Assembly (NCBI GenBank): GCA_963825595.1
Contig: CAWGUE010000026.1
Span: forward strand, 26,651-90,650
Source: an uncultured delta proteobacterium
Lineage (GTDB): Bacteria > Desulfobacterota > Desulfobacteria > Desulfobacterales > SG8-13
Length of the DNA: 64,000 nt
Reading direction: 5' to 3'
Below, in pieces: positions 50,112 to 61,367 of the stretch (within the stretch, counting starts at the first letter, position 1; the number at the start of each line of letters is the position of its first letter). The notes beneath the pieces were generated by a model that saw nothing but the letters and a program-made list of their open reading frames with translations, made no database searches and was not told the DNA's origin. The translations under genes and the position numbers were made by a program.

Positions 50112-50894
50112 TCAATCGAGCATCTGCCATTTGATCCGGAGCCTGTCGAAGAATCCCTCGTTTTCTTTTATGGTGATCCAGTGGTTCAGGTAATTCAGCC
50201 ACACGATGTCGTCCTGTTGAACGATAAACGCCAAATCGGCAGGCTTGCGTGGTTTCGAGACCGGTACAACGGCCAGTTCAGGATGCGTTTGGACCAGCCG
50301 CAAGGCCTCCAGGTTGCTGGTCACCGACACCATCGCTCTTCCGGACAGGACCTCCTGGTAGTCGCGGGCCGGTGTTTCAATGGCACGGACCGTCGCGTTG
50401 GGGAAAAACTCTTTGACCTGCTGTTCGTGAGAGGTGCCGAGGGTGACGGCCACGATGACTTCCGGCTTGTCGATGTCCTCCCAGTCATTAAATCGCGTCA
50501 GGTTGGATTTCAGGGTGACGGGGACGGTGTTCACCTGGTAATAAGACTGGGTAAAGCCGACCGTGCGTATCCGTGAGACCGTGATCGATGCACTGGTGCT
50601 GATATCGTATTTGTCGGCAACGATGCCGTTGACCAACGTTTTCCAGTCCGTGGGAACGAATGCGATCTTTACCCCCGTGTCTTCGGCAAGTGCCGTCATC
50701 ACATCGATGTCAAACCCCTTGTAGCTGTTGGTGGCCGGATCCTTGATCGACATAGGGTTCCAGTCGCCGGTGGTGCCGACCCGCAGCAAACCGGATTCGA
50801 GGATTTTGTGCAGTCGCGACCGATCCTGGGCCTCGGCCGCAACGGCGGCAAACAGCAGCACAATCGTCAGCGACAATACCGTACGAAACTTCAT
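50112..50894 (-). CDS. Amino acid ABC substrate-binding protein (PheC-like family)
   Basis: Signal peptide, LRVGTTGDWNPMS and GFDID; GGAGG RBS. Confidence 0.88.
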   Translation of the reverse strand: MKFRTVLSLTIVLLFAAVAAEAQDRSRLHKILESGLLRVGTTGDWNPMSIKDPATNSYKGFDIDVMTALAEDTGVKIAFVPTDWKTLVNGIVADKYDISTSASITVSRIRTVGFTQSYYQVNTVPVTLKSNLTRFNDWEDIDKPEVIVAVTLGTSHEQQVKEFFPNATVRAIETPARDYQEVLSGRAMVSVTSNLEALRLVQTHPELAVVPVSKPRKPADLAFIVQQDDIVWLNYLNHWITIKENEGFFDRLRIKWQMLD

Positions 50895-51193
50895 GAATTG
50901 GCCTCCTTCAGCCAGTGGTGGTCGATTTTTGTCATGCCGTAAATTGAAGGCGGTGTCACAGCGGGCAAAAAGACGGTTACAACATAAAATCAGATTGTTA
51001 GTTGTCAACCGCAGCGGCCGGTCGATCTTCCAACACCCACGGCTATAAATTGTATAGACGCGGACGCGACCCTTGACTCTCTTCGTACGGTTTCATATTT
51101 AGTGTCCATTGGTAGATGGCAGTGTTTAACGCAGGACCCAGAGGCCGGGAAAAGAATGCCCCGAACCTTGCATCCGATTTCCCGGGTCACGAT

Positions 51194-54100
51194 ATGCCGG
51201 ATCAGCCAGTCAAAAGCAACGGAACGAAATATCCCAGCCCCAAAAAGATCAGGCGTCTGATCTTGACCGCCACCCTTTTGATTGTCACCTGCCTTGCTGC
51301 ACTGATAGCGACGGGTGTGTACGTGTATCGACACCCTAAAAGTGTGGGCCCTCTGATTGCCAAAAGTATCGTCACCTTTACCGGTTTGGAAGTCTCGGCC
51401 GAAGAGCTCTCCTACGGCCTTGTCCCGCTTTTTCTGCACGCTCGCCGCATCAGGGTGGTCCCGGCAGGGAAAAGCGCAGACGATTTCAAACTCGTAGTCG
51501 GCTCTCTTGACGTACTGGCGCGAATTAACGGACCTTTCGGCCGCCGCACCCTTACCGTCGAGCCATTGCGGATAGAGGGTTTCGAAGGGTCCCTGCCGAC
51601 GCTCAACCGGGCACCGGACCTTCTCGCTGCACTGATCGAACCCGGTCCACCATCCCTTGCCGGTCGCCTGGCGAAGCGACTGGTCCGATATTTGCTATTC
51701 TCCGACATCAAGTGGGCCGGATTGGAGGCCGCCGACGGTCGGGTGTCGATCACGTCCGAGTCTTGGCAACTGAGATCTGAAGGGATCGAAGTAACAATAA
51801 GCTCTCAATTGGAAATCGATGTCCGCGGCCGCTCCCTCGAGGGTCACGCCGGCCCCCAGGTCCGTTTGGCAACATCCGGGTACCATCTCCACGTCGATCC
51901 CGAAGATCCCGCGGCAGCGGGTGCCACGGCCGGTCGATTGCTCATATCCGACAGCTTGCTTCATACACCGCCGATGGTGTGGCAAGACGTATCGATTGAT
52001 GCCCAACTGGTCTATTATCGCGACCGCAGTGAAATTTCGCTATCTGCCGTCAAGTTGGATGGGCGTGCGGTGCCACGGCATGTATCGGCAGAAGCGCGTC
52101 AGCCGGGTTACGAGGTATCCTTGGCCGCCCGCGGTAATATGCGGCTGGCGGAAACGAGCCTCGAGTTGTCCGAATGGTCTTTGAACGCGACGGATTTTCT
52201 GGCGGCTTCCGGTCATGCCCGGCTCGATTTAGCGCCGCCGTACCACCTGGAGCTTAACCTGACCGAGTGCGGCTTAAAGAGCCATGCCCTTGGTGGTTTT
52301 TACAGAGCCGTGACGGGCAGGCCACGCCTGCCGCTTTCCCTGTCCGGTGACATCGGCGTCGCGGGACATGCCGCCGGTCCCCTTAGCGACGAATTTTCCC
52401 TATGGCAGGGAGACGTGATGCTGACCCTGAAAAGGGTTCCCTTGGTATTCGAGGATGCCGGTACACGCCTGGCGACCGATCTGACCGGAAGTGTTGCGGC
52501 CACCGGACAACTCCTCGATCCTCAACTCAAGATCGATCTCGATGCGGATGACCTCGTGATCACCGGATCCGGCGCGGCGTTGACCGGATTTCAACCGAGC
52601 CTGAGTGCCGCCGGTCGCTTTCCTGTCCTGGATTTTGCCTTACGCACCCGCGGCGCGGGCGCTCTTTTGACCAAAGGAGGCCTCCGGATCGAACAGGCCA
52701 AAGTCGAATTGGACCGGGGGCGGATTGATCTGCAGTCCATGGATGTGTCACTGCCCCGTATGACCCTGTCCACCGCAACGCTGAATGATCTCACCGCATC
52801 CTTGACGGGCAATCCGAACCAGGCCTTAATGCAAGTTCGGGCACGCAACAGCGGCCTCGTCCGCACAGCCGCTTCACTGCGATTCCTGCCGGCCGGTTGG
52901 CGAATCAACGCTCAAGAAACACTCGATTTAACGCTCGACTGGCAAGCCGGGGCCGGGGTGTCGCTTAACAGCCGGATGGAATTGACGGATCTCCGGTTCA
53001 GCAGCCCGGAAGAAAGCCGCATCGGCGAGGCCGTGCAGATCAACATCGATACCACCGCCCACTTGCGTCTCGAAGGCGGCATCGTCCGATCGGAAATGAA
53101 CCTTTCGGCTGGCGGTGGAGAAATCCTGTGGGGCCGGTACTATCTCGATCTCAGCGCAACCCCTCTTGCCGCCGCCGGGAAAATCGAATGGGATCCAGCT
53201 CGGCGCCGCCTAACCCTCGACCGCCTGGTGACATCCCTGAAAGACCTGGTGGCTTTGAGCGCCTCCGGTACGATGCGATCGACTGCAGGAGGCACCAGCG
53301 TGGACCTGCGCGTCAAGATGGCCGAAACGAGTGCGACGACTCTGTACCGTAACCTGGTAGCCGAACCCTACAAATACGACCGACCGTCCCTGAGCGATAC
53401 GGTGATAGACGGACGCATTGGCGGTGAATTGGCCCTATTCGGCAACACCGACGCCCTGAACGCCCGGGGCCGTGCCTACTGGAAAGACAGGCCGCATCGG
53501 CAAGAAAAATGGTTCCCTGGTCCTCTCGGGCATCGATCTCGACCTGCCTCTCTGGTATCAGGCCGTCCCGGAGAAAAAAGCCGCTTCCCCCCTCCGAGGG
53601 CACCTGGCCGTGGCGGATATGCGGCTGCCACGCCTCGACAATCAGCCCCTGCGGCTCGATTTCGACGTCGGCCCCAATCGTTTGACAATCCCCCGGCCAT
53701 CGGTACTCAGCGCGTTCTCGGGCCGGGTGGATGTCGGGCCGGTGACCATCAGCAATCTGTACACCGACCGCATGTTGCTGGAAACCGACCTCGCCCTCAG
53801 CGGTATCGACATCGACCGCCTGCTCGAGGGGATCTGGCCGCAACCCACAGGCGGAATGCTGGCCGGACGGCTCGAATCGGTTCGCCTGGAAAGCAGCCGG
53901 CTCTCGACGAACGGTACATTGACCGCCGATATTTTCGGCGGCAGCATCGATATCATCGATCCGGGTTTTTCCGGACTGAAGACGTCCGTACCGGTGCTCA
54001 AATTGTCCAGCCGCATCAATGAACTGAACCTTGAGCAGATGACGTCGGGCACCACTTTCGGCAAAATCCGGGGGATACTTCAGGGGACGGTGGACGGCAT

Positions 54101-54494
54101 CGAGATCGTCGACGGTCAACCACAGCGGTTCGACCTGCGTCTGGAAACGGTGGATAAGAAGGGCGTACCGCAGAGAATCAACATCCTCGCCGTGGACAAC
54201 ATTGCCCGCCTCGGCGGTGGCGCCAGCCCCTTCATGGGAATGGCCGGATCGTTTGCCAAAATCTTCAGGGAATTCCCCTATCGGAAAATCGGCATTGCCG
54301 CGAAGCTGGACAATGATATATTCCGCGTCAACGGAACCATAAAAGAAAACGGTACCGAGTATCTGGTTAAAAAAGGTGGTCTTTCGGGGGTTAATGTAGT
54401 AAATTTGAATCCGGACAATCGGGTCAGTTTCAAAGACATGATTAAACGCATAAAACGTATTTCTGGTTCCCAGGGAGGGCCGGAGATCCGCTGA
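51194..54494 (+). CDS. Large AsmA-like/YdbH-like envelope protein, frameshifted near 53489
   Basis: N-terminal TM then beta-rich sequence; deleting one A joins ...YWKD-GRIGKK; followed by a YnbE/YdbL-like gene. Confidence 0.72.
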
Positions 54495-54509
54495 TTACAG
54501 GAGGCGCTC

Positions 54510-55055
54510 ATGCAGTCGAACAGCCGCGTATTTCGGGTCGTATTCTTCGTTGCACTCCTTCTTGTCGGGGCCTGCGTGACAATCAACATATATTTTCCGG
54601 CCGAAAAAGTTGAATCGGTGGCCGGCGAGATCGTGGACGACATCCGCGGACCGCGGCCGGAAAACCAGCAGGATTCCGATCCAAAACGCCAGGGATTCTT
54701 CCGGGGAAGGTCGCTGCTGGCGAGCCTGGTGCCGGTTGCCTGGGCCCAGGATGCGACGACGGTGTCGAACCCCGCCATCCGGGAACTGAAGGACCGGATG
54801 AAAACCCGCTATGCCCAACTCAAACCCTGGTTTGCCAACGGAGTCCTGAAAGAGGGAAACGACGGATTCGTGGCCATCGCCCAAACGAACACCCTGGGAC
54901 TGAAGGACAAGGGGACGGTCCGGAATCTGGTCACCGCAGAAAACAATGACCGCCAGAATCTTTACCAGGAAGTCGCCAAAGCGCTGAACATCGACCCCAG
55001 TCAGACCGGACGGATTGCGGAAATTTTCGCCAAGGAATGGCAGAAGTCGCTTTAA
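54510..55055 (+). CDS. Lipoprotein with YnbE-like N-terminus and YdbL/DUF1318-like domain
   Basis: VGAC lipobox + VTINIYFP; EGNDGFV and AENNDRQNLY..VA. Confidence 0.8.
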   Translation: MQSNSRVFRVVFFVALLLVGACVTINIYFPAEKVESVAGEIVDDIRGPRPENQQDSDPKRQGFFRGRSLLASLVPVAWAQDATTVSNPAIRELKDRMKTRYAQLKPWFANGVLKEGNDGFVAIAQTNTLGLKDKGTVRNLVTAENNDRQNLYQEVAKALNIDPSQTGRIAEIFAKEWQKSL

Positions 55056-55426
55056 TGGGGATTGAAAAACGTCATGTGCGCCGGCAAGTCAAGCCGTGCA
55101 GATCCGGCGCAACCGGTCCATAAACCGAATCAGGCCGTATGACAGCGAACCGGCCGAAACCGACGGCCGTTAATCTCACCTCACGCGGATCGCTCTCTCA
55201 CTGCTTTCGAAACGACCGGCATTGCGCACGGCCGGCGAACTGAGAAAGGACATATCTCGTCCCTGACGCCGTCGGCATCCGCCGACCAGCCGAATATTTC
55301 GGGGCGCATACCCCCATTCTCGATTCCGTTCCGTTTCAACGGGGCATATTTCTGAATCTCGCTGAAAACACCTGCACCTGGTATCCGCTATAAAGACGAT
55401 CCTTACAGAATGACGACGCTTGCATC

Positions 55427-55615
55427 GTGCCAATGGAGCGCCCCATGAGCCTGACAAATCGCATCTTTATTGCCGCTCTGGTGGTGGTGCTCGACCTGGT
55501 GGTCTTTTTCTTTCCGATATCGGCCGTTTTTATCGCCTACGTCATCATTTTCAATCCACCGTGGTTCAAAGACTTTATTCTCGGACTCGACAAGCCGGAC
55601 GGCAAGCACTCATGA
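55427..55615 (+). CDS. Small membrane protein
   Basis: Two hydrophobic segments ending PPWFK. Confidence 0.6.
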   Translation: MPMERPMSLTNRIFIAALVVVLDLVVFFFPISAVFIAYVIIFNPPWFKDFILGLDKPDGKHS

Positions 55616-55774
55616 TCTTCCGATTATCGGCCGTTTCGCGCAAATCGCAGCGGACGAAATACGGCCCGGGGGCCGGCCGCCATCGTGGTGGTTGCGAAAA
55701 ATGTCGATAATCATTAGACTAAACCCATCGTTCATAAAATTTTCAGGCGAACAACCGGCTAAAGTAAACACGCG

Positions 55775-57352
55775 ATGTATCGACAACTCTTTGGTTTCAG
55801 CAAGAACCCGTTCCGGCAGACCCACGATCCGGCGTACCTTTTTCTGGGCCGGCACCACGAGGAGGCCATGGCCCATTTGACCTATGCCGTCATGAAGGGC
55901 GAGGGCTTCAGCGTCATTACCGGCGCGCCGGGTGTCGGTAAAACCACCGTCTGCAGGTCCTTTCTGGAACAGCTGGATGATGACGTTCAGGCCGCCTATA
56001 TTTGTGACGCCGGAGGCCTCAGCCCCCTGAGACTGCTGAACCACATCAATGCCGCGCTCCTAATCCCTTCAAAATTCAATAATATCAAGGATCTGATCGA
56101 CACGCTCAACGACTTTCTCATCCAGAAAAGCCGTGCGGGACAGAAAGTGGCGCTTTTTATCGATGATGCCCACGCGCTGTCGAACGAGGTGCTGGAGCAG
56201 GTCCGCCTGCTGTCGAACCTTGAGACCACCCGGCACAAATTGCTCCAGATCGTACTGATCGGCCGGCCTGAACTCTCGGATCGACTGGCATCGTACGAAC
56301 TCAGGCAGATCGGGCAGCGAATTTCGGTCAACTGGCACATCAACCCATTGAGCTACGAAGAGACCCTCGCTTACGTCCAGCATCGGATTTCGGTGTCCTC
56401 CACGGGGCCGCCGGTTCGGTTCGACCCGTCCGCCGTCCGCCCTTTGTACCGCTTTACGGATGGAGTTCCGCGCCGCATCAACGCGGCTTGTGATCGCATC
56501 CTCAAAGAGGCCTATGAACGCCGGGAAAGACTCATCGACGAAAACATTGCCAAGAGCGCTCTGCAGAAACTGGCAGATCACCCGGAAGGCCGGCCGGCCG
56601 GGTTGAACTGGCGCAAAGTTCTACTGCTGGGCGGTGCGGGTTGCCTGGCGCTGACCGCGGTCCTGGCTGGCACCTATATTATCAAAAAAGGTCAGGCGGG
56701 AACAGCCACACCAAGCGTTGTCGTCAAACCAATCGCACCGCTACCGGATTCATCACCGGATTCCGCGCCGCCACCGCCGACCGATTATGACCGCCTGCTG
56801 GGAGCCCTTTCCGGACAGGCCAAAAAGTCGTCCGAAGCGGTTGCCGGAGCGGCGTCCACCGACCCGGACGTTCCTGTTCCTCTGGTCGCAGAAGCGGAGG
56901 ATGTCACTGTCGACGACACACCGCCTATATCACCGGATTCCGCGCCGCCGCAACCGGCCGATTATCCCCGCCTGCGGGGAGCCTTTTCCGGACAGGCCAA
57001 GGAGTCGCCTGAAGTGGTTACCGGAAAAGGGTCCGCCGGCCCCGACGTTCCTGTTCCCGCTGTCGCGGTAGCGGAGGATGTCATCGTCGATGACACACCC
57101 CCGCTCCGGTTGACCCACTCGGTCCAGATCGGCGCCTTTTTGGAAGAGGCCAATGCCAGCAAACGCTCGGCGCAATTGAAAAAGAGCGGCTACCTCCCCC
57201 GCATCGTCACCGTAGCCGGCCCCGACGGCCACATTTGGTATACCGTGCGCATCGGAGACTATCCCTCGCTCGAAAGGGCTCGACAAGAGGCCGATCGGTT
57301 CACCGCTTCGGAAAACATGCCGACAGCCGTGCGACCCTATGATGCGTATTGA
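55775..57352 (+). CDS. ExeA-like AAA ATPase with C-terminal SPOR domain
   Basis: GAPGVGKT, LLSNLET, GVPRRIN, TM, then VQIGAF...WYTVRIG.Y. Confidence 0.88.
   Translation: MYRQLFGFSKNPFRQTHDPAYLFLGRHHEEAMAHLTYAVMKGEGFSVITGAPGVGKTTVCRSFLEQLDDDVQAAYICDAGGLSPLRLLNHINAALLIPSKFNNIKDLIDTLNDFLIQKSRAGQKVALFIDDAHALSNEVLEQVRLLSNLETTRHKLLQIVLIGRPELSDRLASYELRQIGQRISVNWHINPLSYEETLAYVQHRISVSSTGPPVRFDPSAVRPLYRFTDGVPRRINAACDRILKEAYERRERLIDENIAKSALQKLADHPEGRPAGLNWRKVLLLGGAGCLALTAVLAGTYIIKKGQAGTATPSVVVKPIAPLPDSSPDSAPPPPTDYDRLLGALSGQAKKSSEAVAGAASTDPDVPVPLVAEAEDVTVDDTPPISPDSAPPQPADYPRLRGAFSGQAKESPEVVTGKGSAGPDVPVPAVAVAEDVIVDDTPPLRLTHSVQIGAFLEEANASKRSAQLKKSGYLPRIVTVAGPDGHIWYTVRIGDYPSLERARQEADRFTASENMPTAVRPYDAY
56753..57103 (+). 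repeat. In-frame 177-bp tandem duplication (2 copies)
   Basis: TCACCGGATTCCGCGCCGC at 56753 and 56930; SPDSAPP...DDTPP repeated. Confidence 0.9.
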
Positions 57353-58277
57353 TATCGATATGGATGATTTCGACGTTCTGGTTATCGGGCGCAGTTGCCT
57401 GGATACTATTGCCGTTCTGAACCGATTCCCGCAAGAAAATCAGAAGGCCCCGCTCGAATTCCGGCTCACCGAAGGCGGAGGCCAGGGTGGGACGGCCGCC
57501 TGCTGCATCACCCGTCTGGGCGGCCGGGTCGTTTACATCGGGACGCTGGGGAACGATACGGAGGGTCGTTTTTGCCGGCAGCGGCTGCAGGATTTCGGCG
57601 TCGACACGCAGCGGGTCGAGATGGTTACCGGTGGACGGACGCCTGTCGCCTACGTCTTTGTTTCCAAACCCAGCGGCCGCCGGACAATCATCTACGAACC
57701 CAGCGGGCTGCCGCCGGTCGTCCTCTCACCCGAACTGCAGGATTTGATTTGCAAAGCGCCGGTGGTCCTCCTCGATCCGGAAGTGACCTATCTGGGGCCG
57801 GAGCTGGGTCGGCTGAAAACCGACGGTCCCCTGATCGTCTATGATGCCGAACGCTGGCGGGCCGGCTTGCCGGACATCATGGCGCTGGCCGACTATTTTA
57901 TCCCGTGCGAGGATTTTTTGGATTCGCCGCAGCTCGGTTTCGGCGGGATGTCTTTCGAGGAAAAATTGACCGCCCTAAACGCACGGGTCAAAGGGCACTT
58001 GATCATTACCCGGGGAGAAGGCGGCGCCTGTTATTTATCCGGTGATGACCTCCGGCATGTGCCCGTGCCGGTATCGGCCGCAGCTGCCGCCGTCGATACA
58101 ACCGGCGCCGGCGATAATTTTCATGCCGCTTTCGCCCTGGCTGTCAGCCGGGGGTTGGGGCTGCACCGCGCGGTGCGTTTCTCCGTTGCGGTGGCATCGC
58201 TTTCGTGCCGAGACTACGGAGGCCGCAATGGTGTGCCCAGCTGGAAGGAAGCCATCGCGCTGGCAGCGCAAATATGA
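57339..58277 (+). CDS. PfkB family carbohydrate kinase
   Basis: GGQGGTAA..I.RLG and VDTTGAGDNF. Confidence 0.92.
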   Translation: MMRIDIDMDDFDVLVIGRSCLDTIAVLNRFPQENQKAPLEFRLTEGGGQGGTAACCITRLGGRVVYIGTLGNDTEGRFCRQRLQDFGVDTQRVEMVTGGRTPVAYVFVSKPSGRRTIIYEPSGLPPVVLSPELQDLICKAPVVLLDPEVTYLGPELGRLKTDGPLIVYDAERWRAGLPDIMALADYFIPCEDFLDSPQLGFGGMSFEEKLTALNARVKGHLIITRGEGGACYLSGDDLRHVPVPVSAAAAAVDTTGAGDNFHAAFALAVSRGLGLHRAVRFSVAVASLSCRDYGGRNGVPSWKEAIALAAQI

Positions 58278-58520
58278 TCCCTTCATCCAATGGATCGGCC
58301 GGCATGGTCCCCATCCGGATATTTCGCCCTTGATAAGATTAAACCTAAATTGAGCGAATTTTGACTCGCGCTGCACCCATCCATTGCCCATCAAGGGCCT
58401 GTGCCAATCCTCGACATAGCCATGGGTAGCCTGCGGTTGGCGCAGGCCCTTGATGAACAAGATCTCAGCACATCGCTTCCTCAAAAATCGCTCAACTGAG
58501 GTTACAGTAAAATTTCCGGT

Positions 58521-59204
58521 CTACAGTGATAGTCGGGAAATCGATGCTTTTCCGCCGAAGCACACGGCCACGTCGCAGTCCGGGTCCCGGGGTCTTTCGT
58601 GGATTGTGCCGGAGTAGGAATACAGATCACCCTCCCGAGTGTAGGTATAGCGGTGGGGATTGGCGTCGGGATCGCAGAAACGGTGACTGATGCGGGCGTT
58701 ACGATCGATGGGGTGCGGTAGGTTGACATTCCAATAGCAACCGTTGGGCAGACGCCGATCGAGAAGCATCCCCATGATCTCGCCGGCGCAGCGCCCGGTT
58801 ATACCCCAGTCGATGCGGCAGTCCCGGGCGATGTATTGCGAAACCGCCATGGCTCGGTAACCCAGAATAGCGGCCTCCCGCGCCGCGGCTACCGTTCCCG
58901 ACTGATAGATGTCCGACCCGAGGTTGGCGCCGGGGTTGATTCCGGCAATAACCCAATCCGTATCCGGTGCGATCATTTTGAGGGCCAACCGGACGCAGTC
59001 GGCCGGCGTACCGCCGACACTGTAGCGGTTCGCGGCCCGGCGTCTTACCGTGATGGGCGCATGGGTCGTCACCTGGTGACCGACGCCTGATTGGGCCGTT
59101 TCCGGAGCCAAGATCACCGGATCGGCAAACGCCTGAGCGACTGCCGCCAGCGCGCCGAGACCCGGTGCGTCGAAGCCGTCATCGTTTGTCAGCACGATTT
59201 TCAC
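58521..59204 (-). CDS. surE: 5'/3'-nucleotidase SurE
   Basis: LTNDDG..APG, GTPADCV, GIN.G.N and SGTVAAA.E; GTG start. Confidence 0.92.
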   Translation of the reverse strand: MKIVLTNDDGFDAPGLGALAAVAQAFADPVILAPETAQSGVGHQVTTHAPITVRRRAANRYSVGGTPADCVRLALKMIAPDTDWVIAGINPGANLGSDIYQSGTVAAAREAAILGYRAMAVSQYIARDCRIDWGITGRCAGEIMGMLLDRRLPNGCYWNVNLPHPIDRNARISHRFCDPDANPHRYTYTREGDLYSYSGTIHERPRDPDCDVAVCFGGKASISRLSL

Positions 59205-60349
59205 TGTCTTTCACCTCTCCCGGTTTCATTTCGCGTCGTGTCGGTGTCTAACACATGGCCGATGTAAGCCGCGATCTCTTCTGAACCGTTTCTCACGCAC
59301 CGGTGGCGACGGCGCATGGATAGCAGATGCGGAAGTCTTTCCACCCAGCGGCCCGAAATGAAATCTTCTTCCCCAAAAGCGACACTGTCCATTTTTTTAC
59401 GGATAAAGTCGACCAGACCTGGAGATTCCGGATAGCGCTCGCGCGCCACATAGCCGAAAGGCACACCGGCCGCATACACCTCTGCTATGGTGCTGTAACC
59501 AGCCTTGCCGATGACGACGTCACTGGCATTGACCAGATCGGGATGGAAAAAGTCCGAGTGGTGCGGCAGAAGGATCATGTTGTCCCGGAATTCCGGGGAA
59601 CGGCTGCTGCCCGGCAGAATGAAGGTCGCATCCAGATACGATGACAGGCAGCCAAGAAACCGGTAGTGCCCGGGGATTCCGCCAGTGGTTATCAGAACGG
59701 TTTTCTGCGACATCGGTATGCGCAGCCGCCGCCGGATTTCCGCCTTTTTGGATCTGAAGCTGCGGCTGACCGGCCCCACGGTCAGATCGGCATTTCCCCG
59801 GAAACACACCGGCTCGGTCTGAATGTGATGGTCAGCGCCGGCAAACATCTGGCGGAGGTAGTCGATGTGTATTTCCATCGCCGCCGCCATCGACGGGTAC
59901 CCGCCGTAAATACGGTCCCAAGTGAAATTTTCGATCAGCACCGTCGGCACTCCGCTGACTCGTCCGACGGCGATACCCAACGGGGCGATATCGCACAGGA
60001 TCAAATCGCACCGGTTCCGAGTCACCGTCCGGGACAGATCCGAAACCAGCGTCGGATCGAAGGGCATAAAAGCGTTCAGGCTCGCAAGGGTGCGGTCCAG
60101 GTCTTCCGCGAAGGCCGACTTTTGGATCAGGCCGATATCGGTCGTCACCGGATAGCGGGTGTAGGATACCGAAAGAGAGTCCTCGAAAAACTGATGCGGA
60201 ACTGTCGTGAAAATGTCGAAGTGACAGGACGGGCGGTGGTTCCCCAGAGCCTCCATGACTGCGGCGGCACGGGCGGCGTGTCCGAAACCGTGGGGGGAGA
60301 TAAAGCAGGCGATTCTGTCGTGCTGCGCCGGTCGACGACCCGCATTCAT
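59201..60349 (-). CDS. GT-B fold protein (glycosyltransferase-like)
   Basis: ISPHGFGHAAR, D.GLIQ, NFTWD.IY and VIGKAGYST..E. Confidence 0.75.
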   Translation of the reverse strand: MNAGRRPAQHDRIACFISPHGFGHAARAAAVMEALGNHRPSCHFDIFTTVPHQFFEDSLSVSYTRYPVTTDIGLIQKSAFAEDLDRTLASLNAFMPFDPTLVSDLSRTVTRNRCDLILCDIAPLGIAVGRVSGVPTVLIENFTWDRIYGGYPSMAAAMEIHIDYLRQMFAGADHHIQTEPVCFRGNADLTVGPVSRSFRSKKAEIRRRLRIPMSQKTVLITTGGIPGHYRFLGCLSSYLDATFILPGSSRSPEFRDNMILLPHHSDFFHPDLVNASDVVIGKAGYSTIAEVYAAGVPFGYVARERYPESPGLVDFIRKKMDSVAFGEEDFISGRWVERLPHLLSMRRRHRCVRNGSEEIAAYIGHVLDTDTTRNETGRGERQ

Positions 60350-60636
60350 TGCAGCGCTGCCGGTGCGAATATCTTTTCGAACCAGCAAGGGGGTTTGGCC
60401 CCTGGGGTATCCAAACCTTCAGCTTCCAAACAGGCGACGGCCATCTGAAAAGTGTGGTAGTCCATGTCGCAACCGTCCCAGCCCAGGTAACGGAGACGCT
60501 GGTTGACCTGGTCGAGGTTCATCCCGGGGCTGTAGAGGATGGCGCCCGCCAGGCTTCTGATGAAACCGGGAATATTGCGGGCATCGATTCCCTGCTCTTC
60601 CAGGCGGTGAAACAATATCTGCTTAAGCGGCTGCAT
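60346..60636 (-). CDS. Hypothetical protein
   Basis: GGGAGGAG RBS; IPGFIR.L and L.YLGW blocks; stop overlaps next start. Confidence 0.7.
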   Translation of the reverse strand: MQPLKQILFHRLEEQGIDARNIPGFIRSLAGAILYSPGMNLDQVNQRLRYLGWDGCDMDYHTFQMAVACLEAEGLDTPGAKPPCWFEKIFAPAALQ

Positions 60637-60812
60637 CGGGCTCCTCCCATGATGAATTGTTCACGATAACTGTTGAAGGATATCAGGCTCATATGGTGTG
60701 GTCAAGAAAAATATACCACTATATGTAGTGGGAATTTCCGATATCTCCATCGGAGTAGCATATGGGATCGCGTCGGCCCCAGGTAACCTGCCGGCGTGCC
60801 GACAGGCGCCTG

Positions 60813-61367
60813 TCATTGCATTTTTTCACTGTACACCGAAAGCATAAAAAGGGTCGCAAGGGGCTGGGTAAAAAGGGACCCGACAAAAAAGGATGACCCA
60901 ATCGCCAGAATCCCAAGGTAGATGGCAACCGTGATCAGATGGCCGACAAAGCCGCCGCCGCCGACCCCCATGGCGTATGATGTCTTGACCGCCTCCGTCA
61001 AGAGAAGTCGCCGGTCGGTCATCAACGGCAGCATGTACAGGCAGGCAAAGGTGATGAGAATGGCTATCAGAAATCCGGGCAACACAACGAAAATGATCCC
61101 GATGACAATCGCCAAGACCACCATGATCGAAAAACCGATCAAGGGCAGAAAGAGGCTGAACTCGGAAAAAAGGTCCCTGATGTTTGGATCCCGCCCTTCT
61201 CGCATCATCCGCAGCAAGGACTGGGTGTAACCGGCAAGGGTCACGGGAGCCAGGATACCGAGAGACAAGAACCAGATGCAGAACATCGCCAGGGTAATCA
61301 AGATCAGCGGCTTGATAAACTCCAGGGTCAGATCCCAGGCGTTTTCGAGATGGGTTTTGAAATCCAC
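60813..61367 (-). CDS. Integral membrane protein
   Basis: GTG after GGAGG; several hydrophobic helices. Confidence 0.78.
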   Translation of the reverse strand: MDFKTHLENAWDLTLEFIKPLILITLAMFCIWFLSLGILAPVTLAGYTQSLLRMMREGRDPNIRDLFSEFSLFLPLIGFSIMVVLAIVIGIIFVVLPGFLIAILITFACLYMLPLMTDRRLLLTEAVKTSYAMGVGGGGFVGHLITVAIYLGILAIGSSFFVGSLFTQPLATLFMLSVYSEKMQ

